A stretch of 64,000 bases of DNA. Origin: Octopus vulgaris. Its lineage: Eukaryota. The stretch spans positions 129,022,001 to 129,086,000 of the forward strand of contig OX597819.1 in NCBI GenBank assembly GCA_951406725.2, read 5' to 3'. A program made the translations under genes and the position numbers. The notes beneath the pieces were generated by a model. That model saw nothing but the letters and a program-made list of their open reading frames with translations. It was not told the origin of the DNA and searched no databases. Below, one piece after another: positions 1-11,009 of the stretch. How positions within the stretch are numbered: position 1 is the stretch's first letter; each line of letters opens with the position of its first letter.

Positions 1-24
1 AGTTCACCACCCTGCACTGTAAAG

Positions 25-130
25 TAAAAAGTTCACCTGGTTGAAATTTGAACTCAGAACACACGAAACCAGAATAAATATAACAGAGAATTTCATTTGA
101 TGCTCTAATGGCTCGCCAAGTTGTCGCTTA
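25..130 (-). mobile_element. Decayed SINE family B fragment
   Basis: AAATTTGAACTCAGAAC and a degenerate head match the reverse complement of the family B copies elsewhere in the window. Confidence 0.55.
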
Positions 131-811
131 TATTCTATTAATTGTCAGCAACCGACACCTAAGCAGTTAGCTCAGGTAGTATTGATTTTTAGTGTTGGTA
201 CAGTTGTTGAGGAACACTTCAAGCTTGAATCAGCAAAATTGAGCATTAAAAATGCACAGCTTTCTGACCATTCACAAAACACGTTTTCGTAGAAGTGTTT
301 AAAAGAATCGAGGAAAGATTTGCAAACAGCTAAGATAAAGGATTATGCTAATGCGTTTGAGAAAGACAGGAACGTCACGAATTTCTGTTTCCCACTTCCA
401 TAAAAGGCAAGGACACTGAATAATGAAAGAAGCTAATATCAAAATGGTAAAAGTGTTGAACAAGAAGTTTCAAGCGAGGTGGTTTCAATTGAAGCTGAAC
501 ACTTCAGCGACTTACATAATCAGTTGTTGCTTAATCTCGTATCATCTTCCTCGGCGTTCTTAGGATTTCAAGATGCTCCACCCCTGTAGATACTGACTGA
601 TTTATGACTGAGTACTATTACAAAGTGAGCTGTGGCCGCGCACGAATCGTCATTTCTTTTCTTCTTCGTCGCTCAAAACAATTCAAAATCAAAACAAGAA
701 AAGGAAATACCAGAAACGGCTGTAGTGGTGATGCGAAACTGAATCTCTGGATACGCATTCAGATATTACGAGAAAACAATCATAGCTTAACGTGATAGGT
801 TTATTAACCAA

Positions 812-887
812 CCAATTGACGTGAAGCAGTGGCGTGGGCAGGTTTTCTCGAACATTCTAGAATTTAACTTCCGGTCCCCTATAAAAA
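812..887 (+). promoter_or_regulatory. Heat-shock-type Pol II promoter: CCAAT, CRE-like site, GC/KLF-like box, 4-unit HSE, ETS site, TATA
   Basis: CCAAT 812-816, TGACGT 817-822, GGCGTGGGC 831-839, TTCtcGAAcaTTCtaGAA 845-862, ACTTCCGG 867-874, TATAAAAA 880-887; HSE ends 17 bp upstream of TATA. Confidence 0.6.
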
Positions 888-1046
888 CCGTTCGGTGTGC
901 ATTTTTACCAACCAAACGACACAAAAAGACGGCTGATACAGATGGCGCAGAAAGATGACAGAAACCTCCATTGCCACTAATATAGCAACAACAACAACAA
1001 CGAAAAATATCTTAGGAATAAGAACCCAGGTTTGAAAATTCCCCAA

Positions 1047-1092
1047 GACACCTGATGAAGGCTGGTGGGTATATCAGCCGAAACGTTGTGTT
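1047..1092 (+). ncRNA. Minimal type I hammerhead ribozyme in a ~140-bp PLE pLTR-like repeat (~1005-1140)
   Basis: GACAC-CTGATGA-A-GGCTGGT(gggtat)ATCAGCC-GAAAC-GTT-GTGTT; stem I GACAC/GTGTT, 7-bp stem II, palindromic AACGTT in place of stem III. Confidence 0.8.
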
Positions 1093-1869
1093 AACAACAA
1101 AAAAGATGGGGACAAACATCCGTCAAATGTAAATAATGTACAAAACATTCTTGTTTCACGTATTCTCTGGTATTTTAAGTCAGTTAAGAGGTCGAAGGTT
1201 AGCTAACTTATGTTGAATGTCCTTGGCAGAAACAGTGGTTGACTTCTAACTCATTCGAACCAGTTACGAAGTAGTCCACCTGTACCTGTGCTATGGCAGT
1301 ATAGACAGATAATACAACATCCAGCGGAAATCGTCCACCACCACCAATTGGAAGTCATTTACCCACCACCGCAATGTCTGCAATACAAGACAGTCATCTG
1401 GAAGTGAGAAGTTATTTTTGTGTTCAGCACAGCCCACAATGTAGCACAGCTGATAAAGTCACCCCAAATACTGCTTGGTTTTGCTTGCAATTCCCCGCCG
1501 CATACTCGTAACATAATTCGTATAAACTCATTAACCTTGTTCTTTTTAAATTACTGTAATCCAACTGATGAACACCTTGCATTCCATTACCAATCTGTCT
1601 AACTACTGACGTTCCGCTCTCATTTCCCTTAATTTGATTTAGTGGAGGTAGGCGTAAATAACAGTTTTCATCATTATTCTGTGTCCCTCTCTTCTTGAAT
1701 ACCATTACGCTCTCCGTAATGTCAGATGTAGTAAAGTCTTGCTTACCTACTTCGCACACCAGTGATATTTTGAGGTACAAACCAAGGAAAGAGTCTCTAC
1801 GAGGTTGCTCAATTTGCTAGAAATATCGACCAAATGGATATGAAATTGTTGCCGCCCCCGAGACAGTAC

Positions 1870-2780
1870 AAGCCATTAAGGCAAAAACAGTGGTGTATAA
1901 AGTTTACAACATAAAAGGAAAACGGAGGCAAAGAATGAAGCGGTGGAGAAGAGTATGGCACCAGCGTGGAACATAGTACGTTACGTCAGCTGAGGAGCAA
2001 GAAGTGCCACAATTGAGGTGTCCACTGAAACGCAGAGGAACGATGAAATAATGCTGCTGCCCACTTACTTGGGTCGCAGGACCGCTAAAGTGACAGTAGA
2101 CGATATCCCAGTGGAGTATGAGGTAATGTAGATAGCGGCTGCGATAGTATATGACGTGGAGGAGGAAATTACGATCCTAAAATGGAAAAAGAAAGAAGCG
2201 GTGAACTGGAGAGGACATTCGTTAGAAATGGTCGTCCAAGCAACAAACGAAACACTCGAAAATTTACCCGATAGGGTGTTTGTAGAAGAGGGCTATCCAT
2301 GCGGGTAGCTGTGGAAGAGCGTAGGCCCATGTGCTTCAAATGTGGAGAGAAGGGCTACGTCCGTTCCAAATGCACCAAAAAAAAAAGATGGTGGGGGCCC
2401 TCCCCCAAAAGCTACGAACAGCAAGAGCATGGAAGATAACGATAAGGAAGGAAACCCAAAGAAGAAAGTTGAAACAGAAATCAAGGCAGACACGAACAAT
2501 GATAGTGAGGACATGGAATTCACCACAGTCACCCGCAAAAGAAAAAAGGGACACGCTCCCCACTCCCCCTCCCCAAGCCAAAACATTCAACAAAACAAAC
2601 AACGACAGCAAACACACAAAAATAAACTCCCCAATCCAATCCCAAGGTAAAGCCATTTGCCAAGCCCCTCCCCAAAATACAAGAAAAAATTGTAATGTAC
2701 AACGAAAACAACGTATCGTTGGCAACAACGGTCCAACACCATCACACGGCGAAAGTATATAAACTATGTAAAGACGCACC
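1870..2780 (+). pseudogene. Decayed gag-like ORF1 (RRM-like region plus zinc knuckle) of a non-LTR retrotransposon, L1/Tx1-like
   Basis: Manual translation gives TAKVTVDDIPVEYEV...LENLPDRVFV then RPMCFKCGEKGYVRSKC (CX2CX4[H>Y]X4C) at ~2323-2373, followed by a basic low-complexity tail; stops and frameshifts present. Confidence 0.65.
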
Positions 2781-3027
2781 AAAGGCTTGTCTGCCTAGGG
2801 CTTGTCTGTCTAGATAAGGCAAGCCTTAGAAGTCACCACAGAGCAACACATACGGGCAAGTTCTTAACTATGAATAATACGGCATCTCTACTTGCAAGGA
2901 GTGTGTAAAAGAATGTGCGTCAAGAGGCGGACCGAAACGCCTCTGGCTGGAATGAAAAGCTACATCCATGCTCATGTTTAAAAGAACAATCAAGCGATAG
3001 CATTACTCGAAATTGAGTTGCAACCAT

Positions 3028-3029
<2 letters not shown>

Positions 3030-3082
<53 letters not shown>
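3030..3082. repeat. (TG)n microsatellite
   Basis: Pure TG run. Confidence 0.95.
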
Positions 3083-3085
<3 letters not shown>

Positions 3086-3920
3086 GATGGATGGATGGAT
3101 TTTAATGTAGCTTAGTATTTAATATGAGATATTTTCCAGTCTTTAAGTTTAGATTTACTTCTTGAAATTTAGCAGCAAGTGTATTATGATGGAAATTTTA
3201 AATAAAATTCTTTAAAGATTTCTGTAAAATCGTTTCTTAAACTATCTTCATGTAACTGTTCATATGGCGGTAGATTATGAATCTAGCATTACTCTACGTT
3301 TCTAAGAAAAGTTCCTTTGTCCCCGAAGTGAGTTTCGAATGCAGAATTTTACTAATTCCTGGATTTCGTCTCCCTCATATCTATCCATTCCTGGAGACAT
3401 CAGACAACAGACCGTCTTTCTTCCTTACGTCTTTGGAATTATCGAAGACGATTTATGACTTTGATGCCAGTTCCATTGACAAAGCTGACATTACTGTCAA
3501 CGTCTTCATTATTTTGGAGGGGTTTCGTAATGGACGGATAAAACTAAAAATCGTGAAATTGGATGAATTCCAATTGCGTTAACAATACGTACAGTTGAAC
3601 AACTTAATGACGGAAGCCATATTGTTTGAATATTTAAGATAATTTTGTCAAGAATTTACTTACGTACTTATACCCGGATCACTTTTAACTAGGTTAATTA
3701 CTCAATAAGTATATTTAGCTGAGTTAATTACTCAATGTCGCAAGTATATTTAGCTGGGTTAATTATTCTTAAGATATATTTACACTTAGCAATATGCAGC
3801 TCTCTGTCGAGTTATTTCTTTCGCTGGATTGCAAGTGTTTGGGCTTCTTTCTTAATGTGTTGCATGTTTACGTCTTTTGCGTTTGTAAATGTTCCTGAAC
3901 TTGTTAGCGAAAATTTTGGG

Positions 3921-4298
3921 ACTCTGTGGTAAGAAGCCAGCTTCCCAACCACATGGTTCCCGGTTCAGTCCTACTGCATAGCATCATGGGCAAGTGTCTT
4001 CTACTCTAGCTTCGGGTCGGCCAAAGTGGATTTGGTAGACGGAAACTGAAAGAACCTCGTATTATATCATATCTGTCTATTTGTCTGTCTTTGTGTTTGT
4101 ATCTGTCCCTGCCACACTGCTTGACAATCGATGTTGATGCGGTTTATGTACCTGTAACTTAGCGGTTTGGCAAAAAATCCAATTAGTACTGGGTTTGAAG
4201 AGAAAAGTACTGGAATCGATTTATTCGACTAAAAATTATTCTTCAAGACGGTACTCCAGCATGGCCGAAGTCTAATGACTGAAACAAGGAAAAGATAA
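3921..4298 (+). mobile_element. tRNA-derived SINE family A, diverged copy
   Basis: TGTGGTAAG...GGTTCAGTCC head, GGATTTGGTAGACGGAAACTGAAAGAA body, CCAGCATGGCC...GAAACAAG tail. Confidence 0.85.
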
Positions 4299-4594
4299 AT
4301 TATAACTTTTGTATAACTATCATTGAGTAAAAGCGCGCAGTTGGATTTTCTAATTGCTTTCACATTCCAGAATAGGAAGTTTTGGAAGTTGCTGTATTTA
4401 TGTCTTTTAATCTTTCACTGCAGATCTTATAGGCGCAGGAGTGGCTGTGTGGCAAGTAGCTTGCTTACCAACCACATGGTTCCGGGTTCAGTCCCACTGC
4501 GTGGCACCTTGGGCAAGTGTCTTCTACTATAGCCTCGGGCCGACCAAAGACTTGTGAGTGGATTTGGTAGACGGAAACTGAAAGAAGCCCGTCG

Positions 4595-4684
<90 letters not shown>

Positions 4685-4689
<5 letters not shown>

Positions 4690-4993
4690 GAAAGATGAAT
4701 AATCTTGTTGCATTAATCAAAAGTTTAACCGATACCTTGGTAGCAAAAATCACGGCAGAAGAAGAGTTCACCCAGGTCTTAAAGAGCCGCCTCGTTCAAA
4801 TTGCTTTGCTGCGCCTCTGTTCTGTTTTGTTCTGCCAACGGAATTCCTATTTTTTTCCTGAAGAGAAAGCCGCAATATGGGATCCTTATTTAATCAGAAT
4901 TTGAAAATTGTGGCTTTTGAAACATGTGTAGAATGCAATAAAAGGAGTTCTGTTCAATCTTCGTTCAACTCCATTTCTTCAATTCACTAATAA

Positions 4994-4997
<4 letters not shown>
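4685..4997. mobile_element. PLE pLTR fragment with internal inversion, inserted in the SINE (TA)n
   Basis: Flanked by (TA)n on both sides; 4693-4755 matches 30728-30803 in the same orientation, while 4919-4975 matches 30885-30936 in reverse; contains an HHR. Confidence 0.7.
4855..4933 (+). ncRNA. Type I hammerhead ribozyme, canonical core
   Basis: TTC-CTGAAGA-GAAAGCCGCAAT...ATTGTGGCTTTT-GAAA-CATGTG-TA-GAA; 12-bp stem II with G-U pairs, GUA cleavage triplet, short 3-bp stem I. Confidence 0.8.
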
Positions 4998-5077
<80 letters not shown>

Positions 5078-6462
5078 GAGTGTGTTTGTGTGTCAGTGTT
5101 TGTCCCCCCAACATCGCTTGACAACCGATGCTGGTGTGTTTACGTCCTCATAACTTAGCGGTTCGGCAAAAGAGACCGATAGAATAAATACTAAGCTTAC
5201 AAAGAATAAGTCCTGGTGTTGATTTGATTCGACTAAAGGCGGTGCTCCAGCATGGCCTCAGTCAAATGATTGAAACAAGTAAAAGAGTAAAAGGGTAAAT
5301 GATCAGATTGAAACTTTTTTCGTGATTTGTTCTGTGAGAAACATTTACAAGCTTTGAAAGTAAATTTATTAAGAGTCAACTCATTGAGCCCTCCCCCACC
5401 TTTTTCATAGAAGAATACTTTCCTTCTCATCTTTTATGTCACGTACCAGGAGATTTTTTTTCCATTAGGCGAGCCATAAAAAAAGTTCTTTATTACGATA
5501 AGTGTATTCTTCAAAGAATACCCAAGAGGTTGCTGTTCCATCTTCAGCCGAAGATTCTTTGTATGTAAATAGGCCGTAAGAATTTAGGAGCATGATGAAC
5601 GCAAACTTATATCAATGTATTCGTTCACCTACGTATGCGTACATATATAAATGTATATATGTCGATTTGTATGGTATCCTATTTTACTGTGCTGAATTGT
5701 ACTGGTGAATTCTCATTGATTTATAGCATTTCTGTAGCCTGTGAACAATTAATATCATTTTATTTGTTTTATTTACTAATTCATTTGTTTTTGCCACCGT
5801 CTATGTTTTCTTCCTATGTTCTAAGACCAAGGAAACCGTTCTGCAAGATAACTTACAATATGTTATGATTTATAAATACAAAAGCGTTCCACTATTTAAA
5901 CGTTTTGTATTTACTATTTGCCGATGTAGACCATTGCTAGCTTTCAGTGATTCTACTGTATCACACAATATGATTTATTTAAACTACTACGATCGGCTGC
6001 TTGCAAATAATATTGTATTTCAAGCTAAGTTTAGCATCTAAGAAAAATGTTTGAATGAGAGAGAAGCGTTACCAAAATATTCACGTTCATTCAATAATTG
6101 TATAAAAGTCATTGATATAATTTCCAATGACCGACCGACACACACATACATGTTTGGGTTATATCTTGGTGAATCTGAGAGCAAAGTGAATCAATAATTC
6201 CATAATTTCTAGTCTCCTTTGATCCAAAAATAACTTCTCATTGTCATTGATTGGCGTTTATTAGCCATAATGTACATGGAAATGGGGCCGCGTACGCATT
6301 TATACGTTTATGCATAGAAGTCTGAGTGTGTGTGTATGCGTGCGTGTGCACGGGTGGGTATGTGTATGCATGTGTTGAGGTCAGAGTGTTTGTGTGTCTA
6401 TATATGTTTGTCTATCCTTCCGTCTCATAGGCTTCTTCTCACAATACGCATATATATATATA

Positions 6463-6674
6463 TACTCTTTTACTCTTTTACTTGTTTCAGTCATTTGACT
6501 GCGGCCATGCTGGAGCACCGCCTTTAATCGAGCAACTCGACCCCGGGACTTATTCTTTTGTAAGCCCAGTACTTATTCTATCGGTCTCTTTTGCCGAACC
6601 GCTAAGTAACGGGGACATAAACACACCAGCATCGGTTGTCAAGCAATGCTAGGGGGACAAACACAAACACACAC

Positions 6675-6680
<6 letters not shown>
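6463..6680 (-). mobile_element. SINE family A 3' half
   Basis: Reverse complement of the family A tail, adjoining a (TA)n tract at 6680-6870. Confidence 0.85.
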
Positions 6681-6705
<25 letters not shown>

Positions 6706-6709
6706 CATA

Positions 6710-6791
<82 letters not shown>

Positions 6792-6806
6792 GATAGATAT
6801 ATATAC

Positions 6807-6854
<48 letters not shown>

Positions 6855-7394
6855 GTATGTATGTATGTAAACTTCGTGCAATGGTCATACTCGATAACGA
6901 GGGGGTAACCATAATGTATGTATGTACATATAAGAGTATAAGAGAGACAGACAGACAGACAGGGAAGATAGATAAGCTTGTAGGTAAGTTGATAGTTGTA
7001 GGCTGCTAGATATGTACCATATGTTTCCACAAATATTTATGCACACTCACAGAAGCAGGAAGTCCTCAGGGATATAGAAAATAGAGCGTGGGAGAAGATG
7101 AAAGAGAGGGAAGGAGAGAAAAGGCTGGAGACAGGGAGAGACAAATGCAGAAAGAAAATACAGAGATGTTACGCATTTGAGTATGCAATGACGCAAATAA
7201 CAGTTGCACGCACGCACACACATATACTCACACGGAGACATATACATGCAAACACTCATACACATGCACACACATAAAATGGAAAACATGTGGCTTGTTA
7301 GCGTTATATCTTTAATACATGGAACCTTTAAAAGCTAAGTAAAAAGAATATACTCATGTAGTATTGCACACGCACACTCGCATGTATTTATTTA

Positions 7395-7510
7395 CGGCTT
7401 AGAGTGTTCGGCCCACGATCATCAGATAATGGCTCCAACTCTTGGACCGGGCCACGCGTTTTGTCCTTCATCAAGGCACTTCATTTCATGTTCCTCTAGT
7501 CTACGTAGCT
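7395..7510 (+). mobile_element. Decayed SINE family D (CORE-like) head
   Basis: GGACCGGGCCACGCGTTTTGTCCTTCATCAAGGCACTTCATTTCATGTT resembles 44060-44115. Confidence 0.55.
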
Positions 7511-7540
7511 CTTTATAGCATTTAAGGATATCAGAGAATT

Positions 7541-8090
7541 ACTTGACTTGACTTGAGACAGCATTCACCCGGGGTGGGTTGAGCTGGCTTCATTCATCCT
7601 CAATGCTGCATCTCTCACAAACGCCGACCAGGCATGGCGATTTGAGGCTAACGACCGCGCGATCTCCAACCACTCCTTATTCCAGCGGCGAACGCCGTAG
7701 ATAGGTTGGGTTCCAGATCAGCCTTGACCGTCATCAGCCAGGTTTTTCGTTGTCCACCACATTGCTTTCGCCAACCCAGAAGGGGGGCTGGGGCAATTGC
7801 TTCGTGAATGAATTCTCCTGGTTAAAGACGGAGGGCATGACCCAGCCAACACAGACGTCTCGTTAGGATGACTTGTCGGAGGGAGGTGATTCTGCACTGG
7901 TGTCGCACCGAATTGTTGGAGGCAAAGTGATGCCATCGGACACGAAGGATGCGGCGTAGACAGAGGTGATCGAAGGATTCTAGTCGCTCAATATCTTCCA
8001 CCCTCATTGGCCATGAATCGCTGCCGTAAAGGAGAATCGTTTGCACTAGTGCCTGGTAGATCCGTACTTTGGTGGTGCGTCGGATCTCAG
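7541..8090 (-). mobile_element. RTE-clade LINE 3' fragment (C-terminus of the RT ORF plus tail)
   Basis: ORF 7822-8046 LLYGSDSW...FDHLCLRRILRVRW...RRLCWLGHALR is a typical RTE C-terminus; (CAAGT)n tail at 7541-7556. Confidence 0.85.
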
Positions 8091-9107
8091 ATCTTAGGAA
8101 TAACTTTGATCAACAACCTAAGCTGGAGAGCACATACAAAAATAAAGTTGGTATGGCTCGAAGAATGTGCTCATGGATCTTTAGAATTTTCCACTCCTAA
8201 AACCCTGAAGCCAGTCTTTTCTTCTTAAAGTTTACTAGGTTTCACCTTGAATATTTGCTGCATCCTTTGGTCCGTATACAAAACAAAATATTTTCAGTAT
8301 TGAAGACCTCAAAGATCGACCACAAATAAGCATATAAATAAATGCTATGGCCAGCTGAGGAATTACAACTGTGTTTCGTGGTCTGCTACCACAACAGCTC
8401 CTTTATGGGATCCAGTTAGCTCAAGACATCATCAGGAGGAACAACGTCCGGTTTCGGCCCCTAATCCTCTACCGTTTTGACGTGCCCCCCCCCCCCTTCG
8501 GAGGCGTCTTCAGCTCTGGTGTTGGGTGCATGTCTTTCTCCTTTTTTTTCTTCTATTCCCTGGCCTCTTCGATGTAGCGTCAACGAGTGTCAGCGGGCGA
8601 CTACCTGTCTTGTCAAATTTCCCTTTAAATACCTGCTGCTAGGCTCCAGCAGGCAGCCCCAGTAAGTTGTCACGTGACACTGTCTCAACTTTAACTGACC
8701 AATGGAGGGCGCCGTAGATCGTCTCAAAAATCTCAGACTTCATTCTCCCCAACGCCGACGTAAGCGCTGCATCATTTCTACAATGTGAAAACTATCCTAA
8801 CACAGTCCAAGCGATACCTGTATCGAGTTCACAAGCCACCGAAGGTTTGGTCCCAGAATTATGTTTCATTGCAGCACGACCTTTATTTACCTCAACTGGT
8901 CCTACCATATCCAACATTATTCTGAAGGAAATCAAAGAAAAAGAAGACCCCCGTAACATTCAAACAGTAGCAGGACAAATTCCACCGATAAACACTTGCC
9001 AAACCATCGACCCTTGGGTACATCTCAGTAAGCAACTGCCTACTCGAGTGACTTATGATGTCTTAAAACTTAAAAAGACCACCACAGGTGGTGTTATTGA
9101 ATCAGAC

Positions 9108-10625
9108 ATGGCTTAGGCCGACAACGGCCAAAACCTGTCGGACTTATTTAAGTTCTAAAATTTTGTATGTCCGTCCCGCCGTCCGTCCGTGCGTATGTAC
9201 GTATGTATGTATGTATGTATGTATGTATGTATGTATGTATGTATGTATGTATGTATGTATGAATGTATGCATGTATGTATGTATGAATGTATGCATGTAT
9301 GTATGTTTGTATGTATGTATATGTGTATGTATGTTTGTATGTATGTATGTATGTATGTATGTATGCATGTATGTATGTATCCATGTATGTATGTTTGTAT
9401 GTATGTATGTATGTATACATGTATGTTTGTATGTATGTATGTATGTATGTATGTATGTATGCATGTGTGTGTATGCATGTATGTATGTATGTATGTATGT
9501 GTGTGTGTATGCATGTATGTATGCATGTATGTTTGTATGTATGTTTGTATGTATGTTTGTATGTATGTATGTATGTATGCATGTATGTATGTTTGTATGT
9601 ATGTTTGTATGTATATATGTGTATGTATGTTTGTATGTATGTATGTATGTATGTATGCATGTATGTTTGTATGTATGTATGTATGTATGTATGCATGTAT
9701 GTATGTATGTATGTATGTATGTTTGTATGTATGTATGTATGTATGTATGTATGTATGTATGTATGTATGTATGTTTGTATGTATGTATGTATGTATGCAT
9801 GTGTGTGTGTGTATGCATGTATGTATGTATGTATGTATGTATGTATGTGTGTGTGTATACATGTATGTATGTATGCATGTATGTTTGTATGTATGTTTGT
9901 ATGTATGTTTGTATGTATGTATGTATGTATGTATGTATGTATGTATGTATGCATGTATGTATGTTTGTATGTATGTTTGTATGTATGTTTGTATGTATGT
10001 ATGGATGTATGTATGTCTGCATGCGTGTATGTATATATATATATATGTGTGTGTATGCGTATGTGTGTGTGTATGTATGTATTTATGTATGTATGTATGT
10101 ATGTATTTATGTTAATTATAACCTCTGACAAGGCCTATGGTTTTTTTAACATATAAATATTATTTTTAAATGCCTACAACCTTCGTAAGTTGACATCTAT
10201 AGGCAATGAAAATTATATTTACTTTTGACCATAGGCTGAAACAGCTGTAAGAAATAACTTTTAGGATTTAATTAATTTATAATATGACTTTTAAAATCTG
10301 TATTTGTATTATTACCTTATCTATTGATTTATATAATATCTTTGTATGCTTTTGATGTTTTCATTTGTAGAATGAATAAATAATCCAACATTATAATATC
10401 CGTAAGTTGATGAACAAACCAAATTTGTTTTTCCATTTTCTTATTTGTATTATAAATTTACGGTAAAAATATTTCTTTACCTTTACTCGTTTAATACTAT
10501 AAATGAATTAATTGCATTGCAATTAAAAACATTTATGTTTTAAGAATTTGGGTACTTTACCAACTGTATATTGGATAAATGATATCCCATAGTGGGTTAC
10601 ACCCATAACCCCTATCTTACTTTGT
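9108..10625 (+). mobile_element. Possible Helentron-associated (HINE/DINE-1-like) element with an expanded internal microsatellite
   Basis: 5' inverted repeat TAGGCCGACA...TGTCGGACTTA, then (CCGT)n grading into (ATGT)n, then an AT-rich body; right end uncertain. Confidence 0.35.
9195..10110. repeat. ~900-bp imperfect (ATGT)n microsatellite
   Basis: Source of all six 235-346 aa CMYV/HTYI ORFs. Confidence 0.97.
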
Positions 10626-10628
10626 ACT

Positions 10629-10664
<36 letters not shown>

Positions 10665-10665
<1 letters not shown>

Positions 10666-10770
10666 GGTGCAGTGTGGCTGTGTTGTAAGAAGCTTGCTTC
10701 CCAACCATATGATATCGAGTCCAGCCTTGTGAATGGATTTGGCAGACGGAAACTGAAAGAAGCCCATCGT
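10665..10770 (+). mobile_element. SINE family A 5' half, internally deleted
   Basis: GTGTGGCTGTGTTGTAAG head and GGATTTGGCAGACGGAAACTGAAAGAAGCCC. Confidence 0.75.
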
Positions 10771-10809
10771 ATATATATATTTGTGTGTGTGTGTATGAAT
10801 ATATATATA

Positions 10810-10847
<38 letters not shown>

Positions 10848-11009
10848 TGCACACTTGTGTGCTTGCTTGTGTATTTTCCATATTATGTTGGATAAATAAT
10901 TTCGATGGTCTTGGAGTTACCAAACGAAGCAGGATGGGAAGGTGAAGTTTTCTGTGTCCTTACGTACAACACCCCAACTTGTAACATTCAGAATCCGACC
11001 AATTGGCCA

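Larger units (their letters stand above)
4432..5298 (+). mobile_element. SINE family A, full length, interrupted in its internal (TA)n
   Basis: GGCGCAGGAGTGGCTGTGTGG head with A/B boxes, (TA)n 4595-4684 and 4998-5068, 3' half ending GTAAAAGAGTAAAAG. Confidence 0.9.

Noticed and set aside
1240-1800. Possible coding exon downstream of the HSE promoter
   Set aside because: Open frames of about 70-118 codons on either strand have no recognisable motif or convincing splice-site pair
8370-9105. GC-richer unique-looking segment with an 89-aa ORF
   Set aside because: No recognisable domain or termini; probably a TE 5' remnant but cannot be assigned
9088-10156. Six long ORFs of 235-346 aa
   Set aside because: Translations of the (ATGT)n tract, which lacks stops in every frame; not genes
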